A DNA stretch of 64,000 nucleotides. Origin: Podarcis bocagei (taxonomy: Eukaryota). The stretch's first letter is position 1. Every line of letters begins with the position of its first letter. The notes below the pieces were generated by a model. The model saw only the letters and a list, made by a program, of their open reading frames with translations. It made no database searches and was not told where the DNA came from. Positions 38,925-52,557 of the stretch are shown here, in pieces. The position numbers and the translations under genes are program-made. Where the stretch lies: assembly GCA_964188305.1 (NCBI GenBank), contig OZ076894.1; one strand, 5' to 3'.

Positions 38925-40707
38925 TAGTGTAAAAATAAATGCATACTTTGGCCATTAAATCCTGCCGTCCAGTCAGCGCTTCCCCTGCTCAGTTCTGCTT
39001 GGGTCTGTCCTGGGCAGGAAAACAGAGTCGCAGCAGTCCTGCCGTCCATGTGAGATAGAGGGATAAATCAAGCCCAGAGACAGTTTGTTGCTATCTCTAA
39101 AAGTGTTTATTTACACAGCAATAAATCCATCAGAACTTTCTCACACAGTCTCTCTGCTGCTTCTTTCAGTCTAAAGTGAAACCAACTCTCACAGACAACA
39201 CAGACAAAGCCTGTGACATAGGGCCCTGCGTCAGGCCCCTCCCCAGATACAGGACACCAAGGAGTTTTAACCCTGTAAACTCCAAACTCCACACCTACGT
39301 ACATAAATAAACCAAATCTCAGCTGTCTCATCTTTCAAGCTGCTCTGAAAGCATATAAATTTCACCAATCAGTTCAGAATTTTCTGGGGCACACCTTTGA
39401 GCGCCATATGGATATCCAGAAAGAGATGGGCCAAGCATGATTCAATGGAACCTGAATGTTCAGAGGCAGTCTACCTCTGAATACCAGTAACTTTTAAAGA
39501 GTGAATGGAGAGTTATGCTCAGTTAGAACAAGGGTCTGTGTACTCCTCCATCTGGTTTCCTACAGTGCCCAGCCAAAGACCTCTGGGAACCCCACAGGCA
39601 CGACATTAAGATATGACCCTTCTCAAGTTGCACACAGTTTTCCAAAAGGTAACACCAATTCATAATTCATAATAAAAAATCACAATAAAAACCAAGTAAT
39701 CCCCAAAATGAAAATAACTGTGAAAACAAGATAAAACAAAAACAGCAGCAATTTAAAACAGCACCAAGGTCAAAATTATATCCCATTAAAAGCCTAGGGG
39801 CACAGCAATATTTGCTGCCCATGACGTAACCAATTCCCATGGTGGTATTGCCACGGAAGTAAGACCTGTTTGTTTCAATAGGAACTACTGCCATCTAAGT
39901 ACTGTATACTTCAGATTGACTTAAAAGAAATAGATATATTTTGCATATTTGGCTTGCAGTTATATAAATATTGAGCAAATGTTATGGATATATATTTACT
40001 TACTGCTGATATAATCTTGGTTTCTTAACTGCTACTTTAGAATCTTATCTTTTGCATTTTTATTAAAAATTAACATTTTCCTTAAAGGGAACTTTAGAAG
40101 GCAAATTAAGGCACTAATGCTCATTTCTGTGGGCAAGTTAGGATGACAACAGCAAACTTTTGGAAGTAATTGGATTCTAGCTATAATATTTTCTATTTGG
40201 TGTTTTGTGGTTGCTTTTTAAAATTAAAAAAAAAACATGCACAGGGCATTAGAGGAATATTAATATCTTTTTAATTGGCCAACTTGCCATTCCACTTTTA
40301 ACCTTAATGAAATTCACAGTCATTAATGAGGATACGTTTCATCTCTGTGTAATATAAAACTGAAAATACCAGGTCAACTTCTTAACACCCCAACGTGCTG
40401 CTTGTTTGCAGGAAGTTGCCTCAGTGATATGTCAAGGTTTAGATTAGTACTCACTGTGGTACAATTACTAGCTGCACAACCTAAATGGGAAACTGAGTAG
40501 CTACTGATGCCTACACCATACGGCATGATTTCTGTAATGTCCATTCCTTCTCTAGTAGTGAAGCAAACCTCTATGGAGCAAGAAGCGAGTTGTTGATGTC
40601 TTCTTGAATCCCAGTCATAGGGCATCAAACACCATCTATGCTGCTGATCGTACAGAATGCCTGTGTGTATATAGATGTACACATGTAGGTGTCTTTTTTC
40701 AGACTTC

Positions 40708-41367
40708 CTTTTTAAAAAATAAATTTTTATTGGAAATTTCAACACAATGGTTTTATCAAAAATACATCATCCGCATTATTATTTTTTCCCTCCATTTTCC
40801 CCCTCCCCCTAAACAAAAAACACAACCTCCCACCCCACCCCTGGACTTCCCTTTCTCTGGTTTCTCAACACATATTTCTATCTGCCTGTTATAAAATTGT
40901 AAAGATCCTCAAGTTGTCTATCTATATATTACAATAAAAGGTTTGTGAATGTTTATTCAAAACCTGCCATAGAGTCCAGTTAGTTTTCTTGCTTCTTCAA
41001 ATATTTCATAAAAGGTTCCCATTCGCCTTTGAAGTCACAGTTATCCTTATCACGTAATTTGTGTGTCAGTTTTGTCAATTCCGCATAGTCCTTCAGTTTT
41101 TCTTGCCACAGTTCTTTCGTCAGGATCTCCTCATTCTTCCATCCTTGTGCTATTAAGACTCTTGCCGCCGTTGTCGCATACAAAAAAATATTTTTTTAAT
41201 TTCTTTGGCAGGTCTTTCCCCACTATCCCTAATATGAAAGCTTTAGGCTTTTTCATAAATGTTAAATGGAACATTTTCTTTAGCGCATTATATATCATTT
41301 CCCAGAATATTTTGATTTTACTGCAATTCCACCACATATGGTAAAAAGTCAGACCTCCTTTGAACAC
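40708..41367 (-). mobile_element. L1-clade LINE 3' end
   Basis: ORF2 C-terminal peptides TFYHMWWNCSKIKIFWEMI and AARVLIAQGWK..LWQEKL; AATAAA and A-rich tail at ~40710-40731 on the minus strand. Confidence 0.8.
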
Positions 41368-41745
41368 CTATGCTGGTGGGAACAGCTGTGGAGCAAGCCG
41401 ATTGGACACCTGGGGCAGTGTGCATGCCCTGTGCCCAGGGGTGGGGCCAGCTGCCCGTGGGGCGTGGCAAGCCAGGGGAGGATGCTGCACGGGGCCTCTG
41501 AGGAGTCTGCCTGCCTCCTCCCACTCAGCCGCCCTACAGCTGAGAGAGAGGAGGTGGGCGGACAGTTTGTGGCAGAGCGCTGCCTGCGGGTGCCCAAGCC
41601 CCCACATGACTCCCAGGAGAGACATGTGGCTCAGGCATGCTGCAGGCCCCATGGTGAGTGCTGCCCAATATTTGTCACACACCCCCAGTGGTGACACCCA
41701 GGGCAGCCCGCCCCCCACTGCATGCCCTTTCCTCCACCCCTAGGT
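41368..41745. mobile_element. GC-rich non-autonomous repeat, possibly hAT-like (related to ~10975-11165)
   Basis: Shared tgtcac..ccc...g.tgacacccaggg palindromic motif; termini not resolved. Confidence 0.35.
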
Positions 41746-43805
41746 GGGGAGGAGAATGGGACCAGCATAGTACAGTAACATAGGAACCAACTCCTAGGGG
41801 CCAAGGGGTCTTCGGAGCCCCAATAAAATATTTGAGGGGGCCTCCCTCTGGCTGTTAATGGTGTGAAGGCTGCCATGAAACAGATTTGCCCAGGACGCTT
41901 CCTACCAGGCTTCCAGCAGAATGAACACAGTCAGCGGCAAAACACGCACAGAATCACCCTGAGTCTGATTGACCAGCAACACAGGAGTGTTCTAGGCAGA
42001 TTACTTTATGGCCCGTAATTCAGCAAATCAGTTGCTATAGGCAGAGATAGTCCTTAATGGCTGTGGATCCCCACAGTAGCACATCGGCTTGCGTCCTCTC
42101 CCCAGATGAAGGACTTCAGAAAGTTGCTCACATAACGCAGTGCGCATGTCAATGCTTTCACTATCTTATCTTGCAGCTGTATATAAAAAAAAATATCCGG
42201 CTTCACAGAGACAGTTTTCTGAAAACAAATGACCAATACCCCCAACAGTTGATGGGCCCTGCCATTCAAATGATGTACATGTACCAGGTCATGTGATCAA
42301 TTATACACAGTGAAGTTTACCTGCCCCATATTTTATTCAAGTAGGCACTCCTGTACAGAGGTGGGGCCCTTATGAACTCATACTTCATATTTGAGGACCT
42401 TTATTCCAATTATGGCTGTCCTGCACCCAGGTGTGCCAACTCTAGGGGGGCAAAGGCACCTCGGCCCCCTCAATATTTGTTTTAAGGGAGCTGGGCTCCC
42501 CCCAAAATGAGGCAGCCCTGTGTGTGTTGTGCATGTGTGACATCACACCCGCAATGTACATTGTGTGTAACGTCACATGTGTGCCATTCGAGTCTGGCTC
42601 CCTCAGTCTTGGGGGCAATCTGCCACCTCTGCCTGCACCTGCCCTCTCATATTCAGCTTTAGGTTTATCCCCCAAAAGCTGACCCACTTCTTTTGGCTGT
42701 TGTTGTGTTTCCCTTTTGAAATGCTTTCTTTGGGAGGTCTTTGAACTGTATTGCTCTCATGTGAGAGAAATGAATCTGATATGTGCTTCCGGATTGGTTG
42801 TGTAATCCCACACAACCCTGTTTATGAAAACCATTGTCTGCTGAGGAGATGAATCAGCGGTGCCAAAATGGGGTACCAAACAGTCCCCCAACAAGTATGG
42901 ATTTTTCAGAAATATAAATTCTGAAGAAGAGAAAACACACTCTAATGGCCAGATGGTTGAATTCAATCTTAAACACACAAATAAACAGTGAAACCCATGG
43001 CATCTCTGTAGTAGGAGCACCATACCATTTCCGAGTGAGCCTATGTACATTTCTACTAAGTTCTGTTAACTTCCCTCCAATTCAGTGTGTATTGGACTGC
43101 CGCCTCAAGTTTTGCATCCAGTGCCTGCTTATTATGCTTAACGTTACTCTTCATCAGACTAGCCTGATTAAAGATGATGTCTTAAACAGTAATATTAGCA
43201 TCATTCAATATTTCCTAGAACTCATTTGTTTCAGCCTGCAGAATAAACTGAAAAAACCTGCCAATCTTCATCTTCCATGGCATCAGAGTTTAAATATGTC
43301 GCAATAAAACAGATTTATTACTCCTTTTAAACTTCAGAAATACAAATGACTGTTTCGTTATTAAAGTTATTGAAGAGAAATATACTTTTCATTTTCCAAA
43401 ACAACGATAAAAGTGCAATTATGAGGGTACACGCTAATACATCTTACTGATTGAAAGCATATTAAATATTTACCTGAACCAGCTGCAAATTTCTCTTCCT
43501 TTATTAAGCTAGATCTCTGTTGACAGCAGTAGTTTTTAACATTTCTATTCTAAGCTCCCCCTGCCATTCCATATTCCTACTGATGAAACTCAAGTCTAGA
43601 ATCCTCTTGTACCCTTTTGGCCACACAAATGGATTATTTGGCCACAACTCTCTAGGCAAGGAGCCAGTCCATTGCTAGGTGGTTCGAGGGTGCGAAGGAC
43701 AATCAGCTATTTGATGTATGAAGGATCATTTACCACATGCATCCCATATATACTCAGGAGGTCATTGTGATCTGTGGGAGACTTTGTCCTTCAAGTTCCT
43801 TCATG

Positions 43806-43870
<65 letters not shown>
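43806..43870. repeat. (AAT)n microsatellite, tail of a short L2-like remnant
   Basis: Direct inspection; followed by ttatatcccacccatct. Confidence 0.9.
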
Positions 43871-44151
43871 TTATATCCCACCCATCTAGGATATTATGAT
43901 TATTTATTGAATTTATATGCCACCCTATACCCAGAGGTCTCAGGGTAATAAATTATAGTTTATTACCTGCCCTTCACTCTAAGGTCCCAGGGCTGGTCAA
44001 AGCAATTTAAAATACAACCTTAAGAACATTTCCCACCCCCCCCCCCAAAAAAAACTTGCACTTGCAAAAAGTACAATCACAGAAATAACATCTAATAAAA
44101 ATAACAAGAGCATCTAATAACCCCCCCCAAAAGTTCACCCATTTGCTTATA

Positions 44152-44377
44152 CAGTGCTACCTCGGGTTAAGTACTTAATTCGTTCCGGAGGTCCGTACTT
44201 AACCTGAAACTGTTCTTAACCTGAAGCACCACTTTAGCTTATGGGGCCTCCTGCTACTGCCATGCCGCCGGAGCACGATTTCTGTTCTCATCCTGAAGCA
44301 AAGTTCTTAACCTGAAGCACTATTTCTGGGTTAGTGGAGTCTGTAACTTGAAGCGTATGTAACCTGAGGTACCACTG
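44152..44377. mobile_element. Tc1/mariner (Tigger-like) MITE
   Basis: TIRs cagtgctacctcgggtta / taacctgaggtaccactg, TA flanks. Confidence 0.88.
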
Positions 44378-45034
44378 TATTTAGAGTTCCAGTCTTTCTG
44401 TGTTAGAAATCTTCAAGGCCATTTTCTAAAGAGTGATTGCTTTTCCCATTTCATGATATGCATCTAGTAAGGCATCCTCTGGTACGGTTTTAAAGTCCAA
44501 CTGTTGTCTGAAAGTGGGAAGCCTGATCTAGAGCAATTAGGAAGATTCCTGGCCTGCAGGCTCATAATCGAAGGAAGACACACAGCCATGTGTACTTGAA
44601 GATTTGAGTTGTGGATATATTTAGGTATAGCTTTGTATTTTCAGTTCAGTTTTATAATCATAAGTTAGCAGGGGAGGGATTTCCTATATTTTGATACTCG
44701 CACTGGGTTAAGTGCCAGCTTGCCCTGCTGAACGAAGAGGTCTCGGTCATGGGTGCCTAACTGTTATTGTTATTTTAAAATTTTACTGTTTTCTGTGGTT
44801 TTTCTTCACTTTTTAAGCTGTTTTAAATCCCATTTTGCAATCACCTTGTGACATATATGGAAGGTGATTCCTAAATAAATTGATGATAATGGGGATATCC
44901 TGGCTGGTTTGTATCACACGCGTCCCTAAGAGTTTGCTATTCTACAGAACGTTGGCTGTCAAATATTCCTCATTCCTCTTAATTGCACCCCTACAAGGTC
45001 ATCCATCCACAAAAAAGGTTGGGTGTGTGTTCTG

Positions 45035-45036
<2 letters not shown>

Positions 45037-45094
<58 letters not shown>

Positions 45095-45304
45095 TTATTT
45101 ATACCCTGCCCATCTGGCTGGGCTTCCCCAGCCACTCTGGGCGGCTTCCAAAAGAATATTAAAATACTATAATACATCAAACATTAAAAGCTTCCCGAAA
45201 CAGGGCTGCCTTCAGATGTCTTCTAAAAGCCTGGTAGTTGTTGTTCTCTTTGACATCTGGTGGGAGGGTGTTCCACAGGGAAGGCGCCACTACTGAGAAG
45301 GCCC
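45037..45304 (-). mobile_element. L2-clade LINE 3' fragment with (AAT)n tail
   Basis: Near-identical to 32241-32534. Confidence 0.85.
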
Positions 45305-46172
45305 TATACAAAAATATACAAAAAGCACATTCCTCTCAGAAATTATGCCTCATACAAAACTAATGTCTAAGGCGGTAGGCCTTGCTCTTTCCCCAATACT
45401 CTTGATGGTCTTTACTGGGTGTAAATGAATTTATTTTCATAATGGCACTGCTCAAGTAACATTTCCTTGTCTGTCACACGCCCTAGGCTTTATTTGGACG
45501 AGCATGTACATTGTGTGCCTTGTGTGTTTGACGGAATGTTGTCTGACTTGCTGAACTAGGAGCCTGGGAAGGTTGCCATCCCACGGATATACTACTAATA
45601 TCATGGGGGGGGGGCATCTTAAAATGAAGCCAAGCACTATGCAACAAGTGCCCGTAATAGTTAAAAATTACTAGGTCAGCCAGGAAGTGCACCTGTAGCC
45701 AAATAAAAATCAGAACCATTTGCTGTGTTCTGTGAAAACTTCCTTGAGGGATTGATTAGGAAAGCGCTTGCAACAACCCTGTAGCACAGCCAGCAGAGGT
45801 GATGATTTTCTAATAAGTAGAGTAGCTCAGGGGCAGCCTTTATGACACCAATTACTGTGGTGTTCGGTGACTCATTGGTGCACTGTAGCTTGTTAAGTGT
45901 GTCAGCTCATGTGTTACTTAGCTTCCAGGAAGCTGGAGAGAACCAGATCCCTGCATTGGCTAAGTCATGCTAGATTGGTAACATATTCACTCAAGTCAAT
46001 ATTTTTCAAACTTTGTATATTCTGCGGACACTCTCTTTCTTAACACAGGCCCAAAACTACAAGTGATGGTGAGTAAGGTGACTTTCTTTTAGTGCCTGAC
46101 CTGTCCATATATAAAATTTGAATGGTGGGGCAGGGCTTGTTTTAACAGAAAATGGAACATGCGAAATGAAGG

Positions 46173-46997
46173 TTGCGCGTCGAGGTCCCCAAGCCACCCC
46201 AAATAACTCACACCTCACACAGAAATTTTTGTTTAAGGTTTTTTTGGCATAGCTTTTGGCCACAACTTTATTTAAATACAAAAAATGTGAGTGGTTGCTT
46301 AGGCATTGGTTGCGACTATCTGCTCCCGGTGGGGACAGACTGACATTTCGCAAGCCTGCGAAAGCCAGAAAAGGGGAATACATTTTGGGGATAGCGACGG
46401 AGCAGGGAACCTGCCCTCAGCCCTCCCCAAAAGCAACCAGGGGCTCTTGCGTGGCCCTAGCCCCTTGACAGGGTTTGGACAAAAGCAATGGTGAGCCCCT
46501 GTATTCCTTTAACAGAATACCCTTGCAACAGCAGCATTAGAGGGGCAGGCACAGCCAATCCATGCCCCTCAACCAACCAAACCAAAAACCAATGCCTAAC
46601 TGCAAACTTACAAGTTGTGACAATTTGCTACGCAGTAGGCAAAACCCAAATGGCACCAGCCAATCAGCCAAATGGACAAAATTCCTACCGGGATCCTGCC
46701 CCAAAAGCAGACGAACCCATGACAGACATAGCAAGGTCAATGCGAATAACCCTAAATATAGGGAGGGGGGACGGGCAATCCGATGCATGGAGTGAAAAAA
46801 GGAAGCTTTTGACTTCATGCAGGGAGTTTTAAGGTTTCAAGCTGTCAATCACAAAACGGCAACGTTAACTTCTTCCCAACAACAAGGGAAGCCCAATCAC
46901 AACAGTGGCCAATGATCAATTAGCCCGCCCCACAATTTTGGAGTGTCTTGTCGGTCCCCACCGCAACCCATGCTCTCCGTGAAGGAGAACACGCTTT
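46173..46997 (-). mobile_element. Non-coding structured element, copy A (probable DIRS/Ngaro-type tyrosine-recombinase retroelement repeat)
   Basis: Colinear with 56544-57388 end to end (aaagc...tggggacctcgac.cgcaa); no TSD beyond a shared AA; no TG..CA ends and no tail; aataaagttgtggcc near the 3' end. The family assignment is inference. Confidence 0.7.
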
Positions 46998-48840
46998 CTG
47001 TATCTCTTTCCCCATCCCAACATATTGCCTCCCCTCAGTCTAAGGTTCTAAGCACTTGCTTCTCGTTCTTGCTCACTTTTGATACTGGGGCTGGGAAGTG
47101 TTAGAAAACCAGGAAGAACCAAAAGTAAGGTGGTAAGGCATGAAACGAGGGAAGGTTCAGAATCCATCTCAGGTGTTTATTTTACTGTTGTAATAAGAGC
47201 TCCTCCATCCCTCCACCTCTTTATGTCTGACTGGAAAGATGCATGAATTGCAGCCCTTTGCCTTATTTACTGAGAAAGGGTTGTGGCTTCTGGGGTATGG
47301 CAGGCAATACTGTGACATATTTTGGATACTTGAGGAAATTGATTCCTGTGAATTCCAGTGCATACTGACCTAACCCACACCTCCCAGGGCAATGTACAGA
47401 TTGGAGTGTAATTAAACTTCAGATTTCACATTTCCCCAAAATTAGTCTTGCAGTTCTTGGCAAGTTTAGGATGGAGTATGTTTGTTAATGAGTACGTTGA
47501 AATAAAACATGTACATACGTAATGTGTAATAAGATAAGTATTTAAGTAAAAAGAATTGTGCATTTTTTTAAAAAAATGCAGATAATACACAAACACGACA
47601 GAACATAGTTATGAATGTGCAAATTGACACATGCAAGATGTGATTGATCTTTCCCTAGTTGTAAGGCACAATATGCTTACAGGATCAAATATAATTGATT
47701 ATAGTATGCACATTTTTCTTAGATGTCACACTGAATTTTAGGTTTTAAAAGTCCTCATGGAAATTGTTATTTAAATACTGTACCTACTTTATGACAAATT
47801 GTGTATTTTTAATGATTCCAACCATTTTTTCTTTCTACTATTCCATGAGAGTTGTTACCTTTTCCTTTGTGTACTGAATTATTGAATACATAATAGGCAA
47901 ATTAAGAGATAGGCATTACTGCTGCTGCATCTTGAATTCTACTCAGCGGCAAGAGGGCAAATTGATGATGTTGTATATTTTCTTCTTGGAGCTGACAGAA
48001 CACTGGAGTTTTGTGCCGCAGCACCCATTCCATGAATGAGTACCTGTAGATGCTTAAAGGTATTGGAAACAAATTGGAATCTGTAAGTCTCACCTGTTAG
48101 ATGAGACCCAGTTCTTAGTGCAGTTGATTTATACAACAGCAAGGATGCAGTATATGATGTTAGGAGATGAAAATATAACCATAAATTTGAACTCAATTTT
48201 GCAAGCTACTCAGGGTTTATTGCAGTAGAGATTCAGGAGCATGATTTGATATGCATGTATAGGCAGGACATTTATTTGCTTGTTTGCTAGTTTGCATTAC
48301 TCTGCAACCTTGAACTATAGTAAACAGGCCATCTGGAAATCCTAACTTATATATGGAGCCGTACGTTGCTGCCATACACTAGAGGGGCCCTGTGCTCCCA
48401 GTTGCATGCCCAGGGTTTTCCATGGACCTTTCCTAGTGTGCTGTATCTGACCAAATTAGGTTGCCAACCCTTGAAAGACAAAATGGTTTTAGTAACTTCA
48501 CTCCAGCTAGGTCAAAATCACAAAGCATGAACTAAAAATGCACAACTTACAGCTATTCTGTAACCATGGACAATTGGAATCCATGATTTGCAGATGCAAG
48601 AAAATTTGGATGAGTGGAGCAACTGAGCCTCAACTAGTTAGGTCAGTGTGGCTCTTGTTCACTATATTCTCCAACTGGCATGCCTTTCTGTCTTCCTTCA
48701 CTGCTACCTGCAGTCAAAAGGGATGTAGTGACTCTGTGACAACCAAGGCAAGGATGAGCAGTAGAGTACAACTAAGCATGGTGTGGTACAACTGGCCACT
48801 TGAATCTCATGGCGTCTCAGGAATTCTCTTACCTTGTTCC

Positions 48841-48875
<35 letters not shown>
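48841..48875. repeat. (TTGA)n microsatellite
   Basis: Direct inspection. Confidence 0.95.
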
Positions 48876-48876
<1 letters not shown>

Positions 48877-48997
48877 ATTCTATGCTGCTGTATCCATTCA
48901 GAAGAATCCCAAAGCAGGTTACAGACAACAAGTAGCATTAACACAAAAAACACAAGCACAGCACAAATCATATGATTGATTATGGGTGTATGGAGTG

Positions 48998-49425
48998 CAG
49001 TGCTGGATTTACGTATAAGCTAAACAAGCTTTAGCTTAAGGTCCCACTCTCTTGCCCCCCCCCCCAATAAAAAGAAAAAAACTGGATGTATATTTCCAAA
49101 ATATAAGATTAAAAAAACAAATAAAATAAAATAAAACCTACATACAGCAACAGTGTGTTGTGTTGTGTTGTGTAGGCTCCTATGATGTAAGTAATGGGCC
49201 CTACACATAGCTGTCAACGTTTCCCTTTTTTTAAGGGAAATTCCTTTATTCCAAATAGGATTCCTCGCAAGAAAAGGGAAAAGTTGAAAGCTATGGCCCC
49301 ACATATTGCATATATTCAACACAAAAAACAGCGACAATCTGTTGTTGGCAAAAGACAGCTGGACATATAAAGGGCCCCATTACCTTCAGTAGCTTAGGGC
49401 CTCATCAAACCTAAATCCGACCCTG
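48998..49425. mobile_element. hAT non-autonomous element (family of 16556)
   Basis: TIRs cagtgctggattta / taaatccgaccctg; TSD atggagtg / atggggtg. Confidence 0.88.
49206..49295. mobile_element. 90-bp hAT MITE nested in the larger hAT element
   Basis: Reverse-orientation copy of 33247-33336; TSD gccctaca / gccccaca. Confidence 0.85.
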
Positions 49426-49433
49426 ATGGGGTG

Positions 49434-49768
49434 TTAGGAAAAGGGTGGTACCTCTCATGGAAGACATCTCATGCTCCTTCTGAGGTAGTTTATCCACCTT
49501 TGGTCCCCACCCTGCACTCAGCGTTCACCTGTGAGTCTCAGAAGCTGTTAGCATATGACAGTGGCCACACCCTGGGAAATGGCTTCAACTGGCTGAGGGG
49601 AGCCAATGGGGCTCAAACCCTTGGTGAGTTAGGGACTTCCACTGCATGCGAAGACAGGCTCTTGTGGATTGAGTGGATTAGACCCATAGGGAGTCCAACC
49701 ACCAAGAAGGTGGTTACTGCAAGTGCTGTAGAGGGAAGTAATGGGGCTCGTCAACCTGGGAAAGTTAA
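49434..49768 (+). mobile_element. Possible RTE-clade LINE 5' UTR fragment
   Basis: Ends in atggggctcgtcaacctgggaa, which resembles squamate RTE 5' UTRs as I recall them; no coding evidence. Confidence 0.3.
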
Positions 49769-49937
49769 CTGTATTAACTTGGTGGTTCAAGTATCAATTT
49801 AACAAATACCTGATTAAAAACTAGAAAAAGGGGAGCCCTAAATCCTGCGTCCCATATGAAACTCCCTCCCCTCTAGTTCCGGCCTCTAATGAGTTCTCAG
49901 CACGGATTAATGACATTTGGAGAGGGGTGGTTGTAGT

Positions 49938-50298
49938 GGGTGGCACTGTGGTGTAAACCACTGAGCCTTGGGCTTGCTGATCGGAAGGTCAGCGGTTCAA
50001 ATCCCCGCGATGGGATGAGCTCCCGTTGTTCGGTCCCAGCTCCTGCCAACCTAGCAGTTCAAAAGCACATCAAAGTGCAAGTAGATAAATAGGTACCACC
50101 CTGGTGGGAAGGTAAACGGCGTTTCCATGCGCTGCTCTGGTTTTGCCAGAAGCAGCTTAGTCATGCTGGCCACATGACCCGGAAAAACTGTCTGCAGACA
50201 AACGTTGGCTCCCTCGGCTAGTAAAGCGAGACGAGCGCCGCAACCCTAGAGTCATTTGCAACTGGACTTAACTGTCAGGGGTCCTTTACCTTTACCTT
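49938..50298 (+). mobile_element. Sauria SINE
   Basis: Consensus match, (ACCTTT)n tail, short TSD gttgtag. Confidence 0.92.
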
Positions 50299-50380
50299 TT
50301 AGTTGTAGCTAGCTGCTGCCACCGTGTCACTTGTTATTTAATAAATTATCACTTTTAGAGTTCCTGTGTATGTTTTGCTT

Positions 50381-50623
50381 GAGAGCCAGCGTGGTGTAGT
50401 GGTTAAGAGCAGTGGACTCGTAATCTGGTGAACCGGGTTCGCTTCCCTGCTCTTCCACATGCAGCTGCTGGGTGACCTTGGGCTAGTCACACTTCTCTGA
50501 AGCCTCTCAGTCTCACTCACCTCACAGGGTGTTTGTTGTAGGGGAGGAAGGGAAAGGAGATTGTTAGTTGCTTTGAGATTCCTTAAGGGGAGTGAAAGGC
50601 GGGGTATCAAGTCCAAACTCCTC

Positions 50624-50685
<62 letters not shown>

Positions 50686-50686
50686 A
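50381..50686 (+). mobile_element. tRNA-derived SINE (Squam3-like) with (TTG)n tail
   Basis: Box A tggtgtagtgg, box B ggttcgcttcc, CORE-like gtgaccttgggctagtcac...cctcacaggg, L2-like 3' end; (TTG)n at 50624-50685. Confidence 0.82.
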
Positions 50687-51605
50687 TATAGTGGTGGCCT
50701 GCTGGGTTGGGTCTCCCTTTTGTTGCAACTTGCTCTCAGATCAATACAATGAAAAACATATTTGATAATATTTTAAAATATTATGCATTTGATTAAGACA
50801 TCCATTGGAAGCAATATAAATGCATGGAATAAAAGTATGCATATTTACCTGCTGAGAGGATCATTTTTCACCACTGCCTCTAGCACCATAAGTCTAGTGC
50901 AAGTCAGATTTGATAACTTCCCATGGAGCTTTTCACTTTCTTATCACTGTGAACGTTGCACACAGAGATAGTTGGATGCTATCCAATGGCATGGATGGAA
51001 CTGTGCATTCATTTGCTGTGACAGTCGACAAAGACTGTTAACATGTGCAAAGTTCAGGATGTGTTGATGCCTCACATGTGACTGTTTTAGACTTCAGGCA
51101 TTACAAACCAGTCCAACCAGTGGCTGCTACAGTCGAGGCAGATGTGAGACTCAGTCATGAACCACCCAATCAAAACATTACAATGTAACAAGGGGAAATC
51201 ATAGGAACAACATTCTCAAGTTTCATCTTTGCCCACTTATAGTATAAAGTCTAAAATAAAGCTCAGCAAAAAGAGAAGAGCCCTCTCCATTTTGCAGACA
51301 CATCTGTAGGGCTGGCACTGTAAGTGCTACTTAACTGTCCAAGATGGAGGCTTACTGAAAGTAGTAGCCAAAATGCATCTTTTTTTCTTGTGTTTTGAAG
51401 TTTACTTTCTCCCGCCTCTGCTTACAAGATGCAACATTGGTTTCCCCCAACCACTTAGAGAACAATGCTACATTGTGATGTACCATCATGCCAGAATATG
51501 GTTGGAAAAAAGTGATGTCATTTACACTAGGCTTCTCTCCCACTCCCATGTTATTCTCTCCTGCAGGTGGCTTGTGGTTTTGACTTTGCTTTTTACCCAT
51601 CCCTA

Positions 51606-51819
51606 CATCAAAGTGCAAGTAGATAAATAGGTAGCGCTCTGGCGGGAAGGTAAACAGCGTTTCCGTGTGCTGCTCTGCTTCGCCAGAAGCGGCTTAGTCA
51701 TGCTGGCCACATGACCCAGAAGCTGTACACTGGCTCCCACAGCCAGTAAAGCAAGATGAGCCCCAGAGTCGGTCATAACTGGACCTAATGGTCAGGGGTC
51801 CCTTTACCTTTACCTTTAC
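51606..51819 (+). mobile_element. Sauria SINE, 3' half
   Basis: catcaaagtgcaagtagataaatagg...(ACCTTT)n. Confidence 0.88.
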
Positions 51820-52426
51820 CCAAAACAAATTTGGAGAAAGGGACTAACAACAACAACAAGATTTGGATCATCACTAGTCCAAATTGACTCAGACCTTACC
51901 CACAGTGAGTGAGTTCCAGAAATCTAGGGGCCCCCGGAAATCTTGATGCCAACTCTGGACGCTAAAGCAGAAGTGAGGAAAAGAGAAAGGGAATTTCATT
52001 GCACCTTTACCCTCCACGCATCTTTGTTCCATTTGAAGCTGCTCTCTAAGTAGATTACTTCAACAAAACCAAACAAGGTAGTGTCCATACCCCTTTCTGA
52101 TAAGCTTTATTTGATTTGAAGGCTGTAAGCTGCAGAAATGAGCTGGCTTTGAAGACTCGTGACACTTTACATTTTGAAATGTATAAATCAAAAGCAGCTT
52201 TGTATCCATTTTTTAACATATCAAATGCTGAGTTGGCTTTGCCCCATAAATAATTAATACCACAAAGCATTTAAGAACCCAGATGATGAATGGCACTTGG
52301 CAGTAATAATGCATTGCTTTTTTGGGAGCCAAGCATACTTTTAGTCAAAGAGAGGAGAAGAAGCATCATTTGATTGACTGATGAAGAATCGAACCACAAG
52401 CTACCATCACACAGATGCCTTGGCTT

Positions 52427-52557
52427 CAGGGCTTTTTCCTCCCAGCTGGAACTTGCTGGAACTTAGTTCCAGCACCTCTCAGGTGGGTGCCATTGCCATA
52501 ATAAGAGAACAATTTGTGGTGAGTTCCGGCACCTATTTTTCTAGAAAAATAACGCTG
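52427..52557. mobile_element. Short hAT MITE
   Basis: cagggcttttt / aaaaataacgctg termini; 8-bp flanks cttggctt / cttggctc. Confidence 0.75.

Noticed and set aside
38928-39564. LTR-like segment (minus-strand AATAAA at ~39105, TG...CA candidates)
   Set aside because: Could not find matching termini with a TSD
40455-40661. Minus-strand exon-like segment (acacag| ... aca|gtgagt) with an open frame GILYDQQHRWCLMPYDW...
   Set aside because: Weak polypyrimidine tract, unrecognised peptide and no linked exon chain; needs RNA-seq or tBLASTn
42054-42820. Two minus-strand acceptor-like sites followed by short open frames (LQDKIVKALTCALRY; LCGITQPIRKHISDSF)
   Set aside because: No recognisable protein similarity; such sites arise by chance in 64 kb
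50381-50455. tRNA-like sequence
   Set aside because: It is a SINE head continuing into CORE-like body and tail, not a tRNA gene
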